A stretch of DNA of 64,000 nucleotides from an uncultured Chthonomonadaceae bacterium (lineage in GTDB: Bacteria > Armatimonadota > Chthonomonadetes > Chthonomonadales > Chthonomonadaceae): contig CAWIEK010000068.1 of assembly GCA_963835065.1 (NCBI GenBank), positions 1 to 64,000 of the forward strand. Direction: 5' to 3'. This document shows positions 29,201 to 39,107 of the stretch, one piece after another (positions within the stretch are counted from its first letter, which is position 1; every line of letters begins with the position of its first letter). Position numbers and translations under genes: made by a program. Under the pieces are notes generated by a model. That model did not search any database, was not told the origin of the DNA, and worked only from the letters and a program-made list of their open reading frames with translations.

Positions 29201-29503
29201 CCCTTCCTTCAAAGCATTACCTTCGTGGAAGATCCTAACGGTTTTGGTTTTGGAATCGGCGGCAGCACAACTGAAACTGTACAGGTGACGTTGAACAAGG
29301 CTGCCACTTCGCCAATTACGGTCACTCTCACGACTAATGATCCCATCGGAGTGACCATCCCGGCGTCCGTGACTATTCCCGTCGGACAATCTACGGCACA
29401 GTTCACGGCCACATTCAATCCGGTCGTCGCTCCGGAGACGGTCACGATTACGGCCCAGCTTGGCAGTTTCCGCAAGACCAGTCCCCCGGTTACTCGCAAC
29501 TAA
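26234..29503 (+). CDS. Secreted BNR/Asp-box beta-propeller (VPS10/glycosyl-hydrolase-like) with C-terminal Ig-like repeats
   Basis: Repeated (S/T)xDGGxTW Asp boxes, HSDQH, GGSQDNG; C-terminal VPATINVPQGQSQAGF-type repeats. Confidence 0.85.
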   Translation: MNSTSLSRMLGASLALTGLLLPLAGQAGGTHRMAKLHGHAAAKSKRKPTAHSVANKSVPLSALDRMALAHAARRAAIARNAKGLERDKREEKDGDEEREGKEKNPRGMTGGEYFLWQIRAWPNNFIDPTAFDRAVAQRSRMPAGYIGYAQSSHKGIGIQSLFPSATWSFVGPINWYPTSQRAYYGPESMNGHLEGIVVDPTNRLILYVASVTGGVFKTTDGGVTWKAQSNNWLYLSTNTLAIDPKNHLTVYAGTANSPTGSGNAIGLMKTTDGGLNWTNIGADKDSNGNYLYFAGMNVSRVLVDPTNSNSVTVLTTANGIGSNIWNSTDGGKTWSKKIGGFNVDTNDPSQGFYDATWMDGVVTKSGNYLAAGNSFTAASNFLLYSSTDQGKTWAQLPNAPIAPTTTPRAKGVRLAVSAVDNNTVYLIYAYTDHVTLFKTMNNGNSWTDITASTGLNSGFLTGAQLNQVPYDYYLGCSKRTVSGVAKDVLYLGLKNVYQQVQNVGSTTWVNFGDADGDNSNTHSDQHNIAFDPTNPDRGWLCNDGGIYQFYSSPTPGVAATFLSLNDSLQTTQFYNTAYHPTNSTIMIGGSQDNGTAGAFGDLNSWQMPTGGDAFNVLINPQNPQTMYSTYTNGSISRTDDMYQSGRYEIAPDLTSAGVGSVAFVTPLAMDVTHPNFVYTAGQKLGRYDATKPLESAWTYFPTVLTTSQATTLAVSSANGSRIYVATKDGKLLTTGDGGTTLVTLKAGNANDALPINNVGAILPDPANANAVLVGISGVNVPGHLYYCADVTAAVPTWTNLSGANATALPDAALNTIAIDPADANILYVGDDVGVFQSSDRGQTWANATAPLGLPNVMVTDLKAMPLQGYLYAGTFGRGIYRIRIRNNDPLSGLLFNPERVNGGQPIAGTVLLGSPAPTGGTTVTLTSSVPATASVPATINVPQGQSQAGFTITTSPVSFTTPVNITASIGAGAGQTKVGTITVLSGTVLPFLQSITFVEDPNGFGFGIGGSTTETVQVTLNKAATSPITVTLTTNDPIGVTIPASVTIPVGQSTAQFTATFNPVVAPETVTITAQLGSFRKTSPPVTRN

Positions 29504-29514
29504 GGAAAATCAGA

Positions 29515-29562
29515 CAGGCAACAGGGAATCTGCAAAGCAGACACGTTCCCTGTTGCCTGCTT
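29515..29562 (+). terminator. Hairpin after the beta-propeller gene
   Basis: CAGGCAACAGGGAA...TTCCCTGTTGCCTG. Confidence 0.55.
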
Positions 29563-29831
29563 TGTACTGCCGGGAGAGGAACCATGAAACATCGTGCCTT
29601 TACGCTCCTACGGCTAAAATATTTCTGAATTTTCCGTAAATTTATGAGTTTTTGTTCAATTTGGCATAAATTATACAATATGCCTAATAGAATGGATGTA
29701 TCTGCCTCTGAGGGCGTATTTCCCCGCTGAAAACCTTACTTAAACACGGCATGGAAGAGCCTGAAGCAATGCTTCTCCCTTTTTCCATCGCCGTCTACTA
29801 CCCTTCTCTATTTGCTTACAAGGAGTCAAAC

Positions 29832-30872
29832 ATGCGTTCTCATTTCCGAAAAGCAGGGTTTTGCGCCCTCTTACACAACCCGTATGGCGTCCTGACCGCT
29901 TCTCTCGCCGCCGTCCTTCTGAGCGGCAGCGCGCCCGCCCACGCGCAGTTCATGATCAATCCGAACTTCGAGTCAAGTATCACTAGCCTCTCCAACGCCA
30001 GCGATATCGAGAACACGATCAACTCGGCGATCAGCTTCTACAACACAAACATCACCAATCCGGTCACCGTTACCATCGATTTCGGAGGCATTAACACCGG
30101 CTTGGGCCAGAGCACGACGACCCGTTACTCGGTAGATTATAGCGCTTACGCCACCGCGCTCCACGCTACCGCCACCGGTAATACCAGTTTCCTGCAGTCT
30201 GTCCCTATTCAAGCGGCCAATCCCGTCAATGGCAGCACGACAGTACGCGCCTCGTCGGCCCAACTGCGGACACTGGGATTCGGTCCCCTCTACCCCGGAA
30301 CTCAGAACGGCACCTTCGACAGCTTCATCGAGTTGAATTTTGGCGTTCAGTACACCAATCGGGTGCCTGTCGCCGGCCAGTACGATCTCTTCTCGACGGT
30401 CGAGCATGAGATCAATGAGGCGTTGGGCCTCTTTACGACTCTCAACCACCTCAACAATGGCGATCCCGCTCCCACCGGCGACATCGGCTCGCTGGATCCC
30501 TACCGCTACTCCGCGAATGGCGTTCGCAGTTTTGACACTGGCTTGAACACGGCAGCCTACTTCTCCACGGATGGCGGCGCGACGCCCCTCGTCTATTTCA
30601 ACCAGATGGCGGGCGGCGATTTCCATGATTTTGCAAGCAACGGGGAACCTTACGACCTGGCGCCGGAAGTGCAGGATGCTAGTGGCATGCCCGCCGCCAG
30701 TAACACGGACTTCAGCCAACAGCCTGTAAATGGGCCTAACGAGATAGCCGCGCTTCACTCCATCGGTTACAATTTTGCTGTCGCCGCCGTCCCGGAACCC
30801 GGCAGCGTTGCGCTTCTCGTCGGCATGGCAACCATCGGCGTCAGCGTACTGCGCCGCAAACGTCGCAAGTAA
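29832..30872 (+). CDS. PEP-CTERM protein with metalloprotease-like domain
   Basis: Signal peptide, LRTLGF, HEINEALG, VPEPGSVALLVGM..LRRKRRK. Confidence 0.85.
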   Translation: MRSHFRKAGFCALLHNPYGVLTASLAAVLLSGSAPAHAQFMINPNFESSITSLSNASDIENTINSAISFYNTNITNPVTVTIDFGGINTGLGQSTTTRYSVDYSAYATALHATATGNTSFLQSVPIQAANPVNGSTTVRASSAQLRTLGFGPLYPGTQNGTFDSFIELNFGVQYTNRVPVAGQYDLFSTVEHEINEALGLFTTLNHLNNGDPAPTGDIGSLDPYRYSANGVRSFDTGLNTAAYFSTDGGATPLVYFNQMAGGDFHDFASNGEPYDLAPEVQDASGMPAASNTDFSQQPVNGPNEIAALHSIGYNFAVAAVPEPGSVALLVGMATIGVSVLRRKRRK

Positions 30873-30915
30873 ACCGTTCATACGGATAGCAGACGCGCTT
30901 CCACTCTCACCATTC

Positions 30916-30941
30916 AGGGGCGCTGCAAAAGCAGCGCCCCT
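30916..30941. terminator. GC-rich hairpin
   Basis: AGGGGCGCTGC-AAAA-GCAGCGCCCCT. Confidence 0.65.
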
Positions 30942-30943
30942 CA

Positions 30944-30985
30944 GAGCATCGGCTTTCGTTCGCTTCGGCAGGGTATAATTAGGTG
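30944..30985 (+). promoter_or_regulatory. 42-bp promoter-containing repeat, copy A (copy B 38698-38739)
   Basis: GAGCATCGGCTTTCGTTCGCTTCGGCAGGGTATAATYAGGTG, one mismatch; contains TATAAT; upstream of antitoxin-like genes in both places. Confidence 0.85.
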
Positions 30986-31037
30986 CAACGCAATTGTATG
31001 AGAACGTCGTTTCCATTTTCGATAGCAAAGGAAAAAC

Positions 31038-31256
31038 ATGACAACCGTAGTTCAGGCTATTTACGCAAATCAAACTTTGCGGTTGGACGCGCCGCTTCCC
31101 CTTCAGAACGGCGCGACCATCGAAGTGACTTTGAATCTGCCGGAGCCAACTTCTGCCGCGCCCCGCAAGCGCTTTTCATGGGAAGACGGTCCCATTCTTT
31201 CAAGCGATAGTTACGCGGGCGACATTGCCGATGAAGTCCGCCGTCAGCGCGAATAA
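31038..31256 (+). CDS. DUF104/AF2212-like antitoxin (no adjacent co-oriented toxin)
   Basis: MTTVVQAIYANQTLRLDAPLPLQNGATIEV. Confidence 0.75.
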   Translation: MTTVVQAIYANQTLRLDAPLPLQNGATIEVTLNLPEPTSAAPRKRFSWEDGPILSSDSYAGDIADEVRRQRE

Positions 31257-31285
31257 AGTTATGCATTAGAGAAGAGGCAGAGCAG

Positions 31286-31726
31286 TCATAAAATGCGGAG
31301 CAAATCGGGATGGGGTGAGACAATGGCGGCAGTGGCGATTCCGGTATCCAGCGTAACCAGAGTTCCGCCGTTTTGCTGGCAAAGAGCCAGAAGATAGACG
31401 TCGGTAATTTGTTTTGGCCCCGCGATAGCGGAAGGAACAAGAAGTGTTCTATCGCGCAAGTTCACGCTATCCGGCCAGAAATGATGCGTCGCGCCGTACA
31501 CCTGTATCATGTTTTCCAGAATGTAGAGCGCGGCAGAAACGCCCTGTAAGTTGTTGGGGTATTGTACCTGCGTGAAGACTCGCGCAAAGCCGTTTTCCGT
31601 GAGAGGGCAGGTTGCCCATCCATACTTGCCTTTCGTATCAAACCATTCATGCGCTTTATCATGCCCCACATGTTTCGAGTTATGCAGGGCGATTAGCACG
31701 TTGACATCCGGCAGGTCAATTAGCAT
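31286..31726 (-). CDS. vapC: VapC PIN toxin
   Basis: LPDVNVLIAL, WATCPLTENGFAR, QITDVYLLAL, LVTLD. Confidence 0.9.
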   Translation of the reverse strand: MLIDLPDVNVLIALHNSKHVGHDKAHEWFDTKGKYGWATCPLTENGFARVFTQVQYPNNLQGVSAALYILENMIQVYGATHHFWPDSVNLRDRTLLVPSAIAGPKQITDVYLLALCQQNGGTLVTLDTGIATAAIVSPHPDLLRIL

Positions 31727-31729
31727 AAC

Positions 31730-31966
31730 TCAGTCCTCGCTCAACTCTTTAACCAGTTCGAGCGTGACCAGACGTTCCGATGATTTTGTCGGCACAAGAA
31801 TCAGGCCGTTTCGTCTTGGCGCGTTTGCAAACAAAACTTCCTCCGGTGAAGACGGTTTTTCCGTTTGCGTCACTGTGATACGCAAACGCGCTTCCGCCTT
31901 CAAAGGCAACGCGCTCAATCGCCGCTGCACTTCCGCAAATGTTCCTTCGAGAATTTGAGTGTCCAT
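31730..31966 (-). CDS. Putative antitoxin
   Basis: Small ORF 3 nt upstream of vapC; RNGLILVP..VTLELVKEL tail. Confidence 0.75.
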   Translation of the reverse strand: MDTQILEGTFAEVQRRLSALPLKAEARLRITVTQTEKPSSPEEVLFANAPRRNGLILVPTKSSERLVTLELVKELSED

Positions 31967-32033
31967 ACTCTTCCCTTTCACTAACCCGGAGTGTTCACCG
32001 CTTCTCCTCTATTATACCGCAAAGGGTTTTTCC

Positions 32034-32131
32034 TTATACGGAAAGACGTTTTTGCACCTGCTGGACGAGGGTTTTGAGTTCGGGGTCGAATTCCATCAAG
32101 CCTTTGACGCGCTGACAGGCATACACGATGG
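32034..32131 (-). pseudogene. Diverged duplicate of the dnaA 3' end
   Basis: Aligns without gaps to 39870-39967; encodes IVYACQRVKGLMEFDPELKTLVQQVQKRLSV*. Confidence 0.9.
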
Positions 32132-32229
32132 CAGCGACGCGATAGTTGCCGCGTTGTGGTTCATAGCACATTGCGTAGATAATTCTCGTACAGAGGACAT
32201 CGGAGGGCAGGAGAGCGCTCGGATTAGCC

Positions 32230-33818
32230 TCGGAGAATGCCCGCGCTGCGCAGAGCGATAGAAACTCGCCATATCGGGACAGGGCTGACCACGCAGAACG
32301 CCGCGTACTACCGCCAGGTTCTCCTCTTCCTGATACAAGATGGCGCGCAGACGGCGCAGATGCTCACCGAATAGCCCATTTTCTTTGGGCGCGTCGGCTT
32401 CCAGGTCGGCATAATCCCAATGCCGAACCTGCATCTCGTAATAGCCTTTACCAGCGAGATAAGGATGCCCGTTTATGAGCGCATGGAAGCGGGCAATGTC
32501 TTCGGCGGATTGGAGCAGGGCGTCGCAGGCGGCGTTGAGTTTTGCCATCTGGCTCAGGTCGAAGTCCGAAAGCGTGACCTGCGTTCCGACATTGAAGGGC
32601 GATTGCGTGGTGTTGTGAATAAACAGGTGGGGTTCGGTGGAGTGCGCAATGGCAAGCGTGAGCCGTTTCCAGCCGCCGTTGGGATCGCCTGCCCGCTTGT
32701 TGTGCCAGGAGCGGAACAGCCCGCAAGACATCACTGGCGTAAGGCCGCCCAAAGATGCGGTCGAACTCGTCTATCGCCCACAGCAGCGGCTCCTCAAAGG
32801 CACGCAGGACATTGCGCTTGAGAATGTCGTCCAGATTGTCGTTGGCTCCCAGGTACGTCGTCCCACAGGTCGCGTATGCGCAGGTTGAGGTCGAGTTCGC
32901 GCAGAGAGTTTGCCGGCAAGGGCGCGCAGGAAAACTATACGCCGGATCGCCATCTGCTCTTCGGTCAGGCTCTGCAGGTCGGTCCAGACGACGCGGAGTT
33001 GGCGTTTGACGGGACGGCATCCAGGAGCGCGGGCCAGGAGGGAAGTCTTCCCCATCTGCCGCGCCCCCTTTACCAGCACGATGCTGTTGCGGCGCTGAAC
33101 GGCGGCATGGAAGGCGACATCGGTTTCCCGAACGATATAGCGGCGGCTGGCAACGTCCAGCGCGCCCCCGGCTCCATTGGCGGCTTCGACGGGAATATCC
33201 GCAAGTGCGGCGGGCGCGGTTCTTGCGTTTGCAGGCGGGCTGGAATTGCCGCAGGCGGGAGAAACGTAGTTCCAGAGGGTAAGCTTTTGGTCATGCTTGA
33301 CGGTATATTCGCCGAGCTGATGGAGGTGCGGCTGCCACTCGTCAAAGACCGAGCAGCAGGCCGGCGTAGGCGTCGGAAAGGAGAATATGCCCCGCCTCGC
33401 CGCAGTCCATGACGCGCTGCGCGGTATTGATGCCGCCTCCTAAAACGTTGGCATTGTCGTCCGCGCCCGTGACGAGAAAGACCGCGCCGATATGCAGCCC
33501 CATGCGCAAACAAAGGTCGGACTGCGGACGGAGGGCGGAAGCGATTTCGACTGCGCAGCGAAGGGCGGCATTCGGGTTTTTGAGGAAAACAAGCGCCATG
33601 CCGTCGCCCGTGTCACAGCGTACCATGTCCTGCGTGGAAGCGTCGGGCAGACGGTTGAGCGCGGTGCGGGCAAGGTTGTGCAGCCGCGCTTTCTGACGCG
33701 CTTCCTCCTCGTTGGAAAGCAGGGTAAACCCCACAATGTCAAGGAAAAGCGTATGGGCGGTGACAGCAGGCAACAGGGTTTCGAAAGTCATGGGGACCCT
33801 TTCGGCGGCGGAGTACAT
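32230..33818 (-). pseudogene. Adenylate/guanylate cyclase - AAA_35-type STAND fusion, multiply frameshifted
   Basis: LFLDIVGF and TGDGM..LRMGLHIG..GGGINTAQR (cyclase); KGARQMGKTSLL, WAIDEFD, SPFNVG, GHPYL in several frames. Confidence 0.75.
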
Positions 33819-33854
33819 GACAACAATGATTTCCGGTTGGGGCGTACCGTCTGT

Positions 33855-34262
33855 TCAGGGGGAAACATCGAACGGCTCTGAGCCATTTCGCTGATAGATA
33901 TAGAAATCACTGTCAAGCGTAAAAATGCGCTTTTTGCCCAATGCTTCGGCGGCGGCTACAAGGGAAGCGTCCGCCATGTCCATGGACGTATCGTGGTATT
34001 GATCCATTAAAATCTGCATCCGCGCAACTTCCGCTTCGGTCGGAATATGCAAACGTAAAAGCCCGGTGTTCACTAAATTCCACATAAGGCGCTGCATCGG
34101 CAACCCGCCTGATTTGAAGGCAAAGTACATCGCCTCTGTAAAACAGGGCCAGGGAATGAGGAGCGGCTTTGGCAGTGTTCTCAAAGTGGCGCGGCAACGC
34201 GCATGCGCGTCCTGAGTCTTGTCCACGAGCGCGTAAAGGGCGCTGGCATCTGTGAGTGTCAC
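33855..34262 (-). CDS. vapC: VapC PIN toxin
   Basis: LTDASALYAL, MDMADASLVAAAE, IFTLDSDF. Confidence 0.9.
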   Translation of the reverse strand: MTLTDASALYALVDKTQDAHARCRATLRTLPKPLLIPWPCFTEAMYFAFKSGGLPMQRLMWNLVNTGLLRLHIPTEAEVARMQILMDQYHDTSMDMADASLVAAAEALGKKRIFTLDSDFYIYQRNGSEPFDVSP

Positions 34263-34579
34263 GGCCTAAACCCCAGCTTAAGGTACTTTTCGTCCATGCT
34301 TTTCGTAAATGCCGCTTCCGCCGGATCTCGGCCAACAATTTTGGCCGACTTCTCAAAATGGAGCGTATCAAGGTTGTCAAAGAAACACTCGAAACGCGCT
34401 TGCAAATCTGCCTGAGCGGGTTTTTCACTGTGGCTTGCTCTGTCGGCGGCCTCAACCCGCACCTGGACTTCATCTCCAGGATGAATACCAAGTTCCTCAA
34501 TCGCTTCTTCAGGCAGAGCGAGGGAACCATCGGACTTCAATTTTGATGCGAAGGTGACTGCTGCCATACAACATTCCAT
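34259..34579 (-). CDS. AbrB/MazE-like antitoxin
   Basis: DGSLALPEEAIEELGIHPGDEV; overlaps the toxin start. Confidence 0.8.
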   Translation of the reverse strand: MECCMAAVTFASKLKSDGSLALPEEAIEELGIHPGDEVQVRVEAADRASHSEKPAQADLQARFECFFDNLDTLHFEKSAKIVGRDPAEAAFTKSMDEKYLKLGFRP

Positions 34580-34672
34580 CCTTTATAAAACCGGCATTGT
34601 GGAGGTTAGTATACCAAACTCCTTTTAATAGCGCAAGAGGGGAAAAAGCGCTCCGGTTTCTGAATGACTTCT

Positions 34673-35344
34673 TTACGGCCTGGGTAACTGGCTACTATAA
34701 ACCTCGTGCGGTGAGAAGCGCATTTGCTCATTCCGCATTTTCGGCGGACAGAGGGGGAGCAGGCGCTTTGCTGTAGTCGAGGCGACGGACATACGCGCCT
34801 TCGTCATACGCGCGTTCCAATACCGCCTGCACATCCAAAATCGTGTCGGGAAACCCGGCTTCAAGCGGCACGGCAATACGCGGGAGGGGTTGTTGAATCA
34901 TCGCAGGCCACAACTCATAACGCGCCCGTTCCGCCCCGATGCAGGCAAACGAGATAGTCGGGAAGTTGTGTCCAGCCTTTCCAGAGGAACCGCGAGGGTC
35001 GGCGGGCCGGCGCGAAGCAGATCAATTTCGATGAGATGCGTGTCGCTGTCACAGACAGCCCGCTGCTTGCGAAGGGAGGCGTCCCGATTTTGACCGGGGG
35101 TTTTGTTGGCGTGGCTCAGATATTCCAGAGTGGCAATCACTTCGCTGGCGTCGTGGGCGCGTACAACATTCACAAAGCGCTGGCGCGGCTCATCCTCCAG
35201 CGCCTTCACAACCGCAACATAGGCCGCAGGCAGAACGCGATTCAATGCCGCCGCCGTGTAGACAATCAGGTTATGACGAAAACTTTCCCAAATGCCGGGG
35301 GCTTCAAGATAAGGATTTATGCCGGGAAAAGGTGAACTCGCCAT
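34673..35344 (-). pseudogene. DUF4058-type protein, frameshifted or deleted
   Basis: SPFPGINPYLE, EYLSHANK, HLIEIDLLRAG, then PLPRIAVPL..LDY in another frame. Confidence 0.75.
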
Positions 35345-35541
35345 AACGCTTCCTCAACTCTCTTAATTTCGCACCTTACGCTTAAATTGGTTTTCGCCGG
35401 AAAACCGATTAAAATTTGGCCTGCGCTGCAAAAACGATTGTCCTGCGGACAAAACCCGTTGCAGCAAGGGTTGTGCCTGCACAGCAACCACTCGTTTTGT
35501 CCAGCGCAGGCAAAAATTCAATCGGTTTTCCGGCATGACCG

Positions 35542-35916
35542 TTACTTGCCGCCAGCCTTTTGGAGATAGACGAGCGCCTTCTCAAGCGCGGGGTTGTCCC
35601 GTTTCTTGATAGCATCCTGAACGTTGCTTGTTCCCCATTTAATCTCAAACTTTTCGGCGACTTTTAATGCCCTGTCGTACTCCTGTTTAGCGCGGGGCCA
35701 ATCATTGAGCGTTGCATAGCACAGTCCAAGATTCATTCTCAGGTACGTGCGTGTGCAGCCATTTTCTAACGCGCTGTTGTTGCTCTTGATGGCATCGTCA
35801 ACCTGACCAGCGAGGTACTCGGAACTGCCCAAGTAATACTGAAGTGTGGCGTCATTTGGGCGGAGGCGGAGTGCCGACTTGTACTCTGGCAACAGCTTCA
35901 GTTTTGTTATTTCCAC
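35542..35916 (-). CDS. TPR segment, likely frameshifted tail of the AAA-WD40 protein
   Basis: ALRLRPNDATLQYYLG and MNLGLCYA TPR motifs; overlaps the end of 35907-38525. Confidence 0.6.
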   Translation of the reverse strand: MEITKLKLLPEYKSALRLRPNDATLQYYLGSSEYLAGQVDDAIKSNNSALENGCTRTYLRMNLGLCYATLNDWPRAKQEYDRALKVAEKFEIKWGTSNVQDAIKKRDNPALEKALVYLQKAGGK

Positions 35917-38525
35917 TCAGAAACTCTGGCTATCCTGATATGCGCGTTTGCTTCGCTGACAGCCCGCATTGTATCCTTGTCGTTCGGATCGGATAACCAT
36001 ACCGTTGCACCCTCGCTTCCGCTTGCAAATACAATTTTCTTGCCATCTTTGGAGAACACAAGTGATCCAATGGTGGCCCGCTTCTTACTATCCGGGGAGG
36101 ATACAACCGATCCCACGGTGGTTAGCCTTGCCATGATCTCTCGCCCTGTCTGTGTTTCCCACACATGTATTGAGCCGGAATAATCCATAATTAGCCCGAT
36201 ATTTCCTGCTACGATCCGCTGACCGTCAGGCGAGAACGCGACAAAGCCGATGCCCGTTGGATCATAGGTCAACAATTTCAGGACTACTTGACCTGTCTGT
36301 GTATTCCATACCTTCACCGTTTTGTCATAACTTCCGGTGACGACCTGTTGGCTGTCTGGAGAATAGGCGACCGAACTTACTCCTTCCGTATGCCCTGTTA
36401 AGGTTCTGATCTCCCGGCCTGTCTGTGTATCCCAAACTTTCGCCGTTTTGTCCCAACTCCCGGTGATGATTTGTGTGCCGTCAGGAGAGAAGGCAACGGA
36501 ACTCACGCCTGCACTATGTCCCTTCAACATCAGTAACGACCGGCCTGTCTGCGCATCCCACACAATTGCTTCACCCGGTTTTCCATAATCTTTAAATTTT
36601 TCAGATTCTCCACTCGCCGTTGCAATCCGCGTACCATCGGGAGAAAAGGCGACAGAGCTAATTCTGGCGGTATGTCCTTTCAGAACCAGTATCTCTTGGC
36701 CTGTCTGCAAGTCCCATACCCTTGCCGTTTTGTCATAACTCCCGGTGACAATCCGCGTAGTATCAGGAGAGACGGCAACCGAAGAGATGAGAAGGGCGTG
36801 TCCGCGCATCGCCATCAACTTCCTTCCGGTTTGCGCTTCCCATACCGTCACTTCACCCGGCTTCCCCTCTTCTCCACTGCCAGTGATAATCCGCTGGCAA
36901 TCGGGAGTGATGGCAGCGCAAGAGACAGGATCAGAACGCCAGTTAAGACTTACAATCTCTCGCTTCACACTCTGCTCAACATTAGGGTCGTTGAACAAAG
37001 AAGCATATTCTGTATGATCCTTGGGTTTTATTGGCTCAATGTGGCGGAGACGGTTCCAATAGCCCCACTCGAAACCTCGGAAGGGGCGGTACTTCTCCTG
37101 ATTTATCTCATCCAAAATTTCATCGACGCGATCAAACCGTTTTGCCTCGTATGCGGCAGGAATGAGGCTTATGTTCGCAATGTACGCATTGCGTTCGGCT
37201 TCCTTTTGTTGTTGTTGCGACAGAGCGGACTGAGTACGCGCTATTGTCGCCGCCTTTTCCGCATCAGTCCGGTATCTATTTGCCTGCTGCTGCGACCGGA
37301 TGGCCCACATTGTCAGCAATCCCATGATACTCACAACTACGGATGCCATTGCACCCGCGCGATAGAGGCCGCGCCGGTACGCCATCTGCTGACGACGTGC
37401 TTCGGCATAGGGCATGTTCTCGCGTATCCAACTCTGGTCGAAGACGCGCTCGTAGATACGGTTGCGTATCTCCAATTGCCTGTTTCGCGCCCGCGCTATG
37501 CCCGACAGCCGCAGCGTACTTTGCAGGGCGTCCTTCTCGTCGTTGACCACACTTCCGCGCCGCACTTTGCCGTACAGGTCGAGCAGAGCGGCCCGGTCCA
37601 GCGGACTGTCCAGTATGCGCTTTGCCACGAACGCCAGATTCTTTTCGCTTTTACGCGCTTCCGGTGCGAAGAACAGGCGTTCGCAGAGGGCATCAATGGC
37701 GCGGGGGTCGGGTATCGGGTGTCGGGTGTCGGGAGATACGAAGGACGAGTTGGGATCGTCTGAACCTACTTCTGTGAGTTCGGCGCAGAGGCGTTGGGTT
37801 AGGTAGGGATGGCCGTTTGTCCAGTAGAGGATGCGGTCTAGGATCGCTTCATTGGGAAGCCCTGCCGCCAGAACCGCCGCCTCAGTTCGCGTGAAATCCG
37901 AAAGCGTGATGCCCCTCCCGATGTTGAAGGGTGTTGAAGTGACGCTGTGAATGAGTTCATCGGGAGTTGCGGAACCCGCGAGGCAAAAACTCAGGCGGCG
38001 CAGGGCGGGTTCGTCCACGCGCCGATTGTAGCAGGCGCGAATGCCCGCGAAAAACTCGTCCGTAAAGTCGAAACTGCGAACGCTTTCGATCTCGTCCACG
38101 AAAATCACGAGGTTCGCGTCGCTGTGGGCAAGGACAACGGAACGCAGGGCTTCGACCCAGCGCTGCATCGGGCCGAGTTCGCCATTGTCGCGCCAGAAGC
38201 CGCGCAGGCCGTCCCAAAAATCGGGTATTCCCGCCGCGTGGAGGCTGTCCGCCACCTGACGCAGCATCCCGTTGTACCACTGCCCGGGCGTCACCTCTTT
38301 GCCCGTCGTGGTCAGGTCTATCTTGGCGACTACAACCCCGCGCTCACGCAGTTTTCGCGCCGTCCGTTCGATGAGAGACGACTTGCCGACCTGCCGGGTA
38401 TCCAGAACGTAGCAGAATTGGGCGTCCAGAAGGGCTGCGAGCAGATCACGATCCGCCTGCCGCTCTACATAGCAAAGCGCGTCGGCAGGGAGCGTTCCCC
38501 CGGTGATATAAAAGAGTGGACGCAT
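35907..38525 (-). CDS. AAA_35-type STAND ATPase with TM segment and WD40 repeats
   Basis: YVERQADR, RQVGKSSL, IFVDEIE, TPFNIG, WTNGHPYLTQRLC; GH..VAFSPDG..TGSxDKT WD40 repeats. Confidence 0.9.
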   Translation of the reverse strand: MRPLFYITGGTLPADALCYVERQADRDLLAALLDAQFCYVLDTRQVGKSSLIERTARKLRERGVVVAKIDLTTTGKEVTPGQWYNGMLRQVADSLHAAGIPDFWDGLRGFWRDNGELGPMQRWVEALRSVVLAHSDANLVIFVDEIESVRSFDFTDEFFAGIRACYNRRVDEPALRRLSFCLAGSATPDELIHSVTSTPFNIGRGITLSDFTRTEAAVLAAGLPNEAILDRILYWTNGHPYLTQRLCAELTEVGSDDPNSSFVSPDTRHPIPDPRAIDALCERLFFAPEARKSEKNLAFVAKRILDSPLDRAALLDLYGKVRRGSVVNDEKDALQSTLRLSGIARARNRQLEIRNRIYERVFDQSWIRENMPYAEARRQQMAYRRGLYRAGAMASVVVSIMGLLTMWAIRSQQQANRYRTDAEKAATIARTQSALSQQQQKEAERNAYIANISLIPAAYEAKRFDRVDEILDEINQEKYRPFRGFEWGYWNRLRHIEPIKPKDHTEYASLFNDPNVEQSVKREIVSLNWRSDPVSCAAITPDCQRIITGSGEEGKPGEVTVWEAQTGRKLMAMRGHALLISSVAVSPDTTRIVTGSYDKTARVWDLQTGQEILVLKGHTARISSVAFSPDGTRIATASGESEKFKDYGKPGEAIVWDAQTGRSLLMLKGHSAGVSSVAFSPDGTQIITGSWDKTAKVWDTQTGREIRTLTGHTEGVSSVAYSPDSQQVVTGSYDKTVKVWNTQTGQVVLKLLTYDPTGIGFVAFSPDGQRIVAGNIGLIMDYSGSIHVWETQTGREIMARLTTVGSVVSSPDSKKRATIGSLVFSKDGKKIVFASGSEGATVWLSDPNDKDTMRAVSEANAHIRIARVSEWK

Positions 38526-38697
38526 GGCGCAGCCTCACAGCAGACGAAAGGGCGGGGCCACAAAAGTATGGCTCCTCTTATTCTACCCGGTTCCGGCCCT
38601 GCGCCTTGTGCAGAACATCACACGCGCACTGTGATATTTTATGCTATGCGGGGAGGAGACGCTTCAAACTTTTGAAGATTGCCCTGCCCGGAACCGG

Positions 38698-38739
38698 GAG
38701 CATCGGCTTTCGTTCGCTTCGGCAGGGTATAATCAGGTG
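38698..38739 (+). promoter_or_regulatory. 42-bp promoter-containing repeat, copy B
   Basis: Matches 30944-30985 with one mismatch. Confidence 0.85.
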
Positions 38740-38771
38740 TAGCGTATGTTCGTTTTGAGGAGCAGAATCGT

Positions 38772-39107
38772 ATGACAATTACACTGGACTTACCCCCGGA
38801 GTTGGAAGGGCAAATACAGCAGGTGGCGCGGGCACAGGGCAAGGATGTGGCTGCCTTCCTGCTTGACAGCATCCGTCAGCGCTTGCGCCATGACGTACTG
38901 CCCGAAGCGGATGCGCGTCTGCTTCAGATAATCAATGCCCCGATTGCTCCAGCGAGGGATAGATTTCCAGCCCCGAAGCAAGCGCCCCCTACGTTCCCCA
39001 AGACTCCAACAGCAACCATCCCACTAAAACAATCCCGCAAAAAAGACAGAAAAAAAGAGCAAAACAATGCGAAAAAAGCGAACCCTTTGCTCAACTCAGC
39101 CGTCTAA
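38772..39107 (+). pseudogene. RHH-like antitoxin gene whose 3' part runs into element copy 3
   Basis: MTITLDLPPELEGQIQQVARAQGKDV..LLQIIN, then read-through of A-tract DNA; its stop is the TAA of the element's -10 box. Confidence 0.55.

Noticed and set aside
31959..32261. 100-aa plus-strand ORF
   Set aside because: Antisense read-through of the dnaA 3' duplicate and junction DNA.
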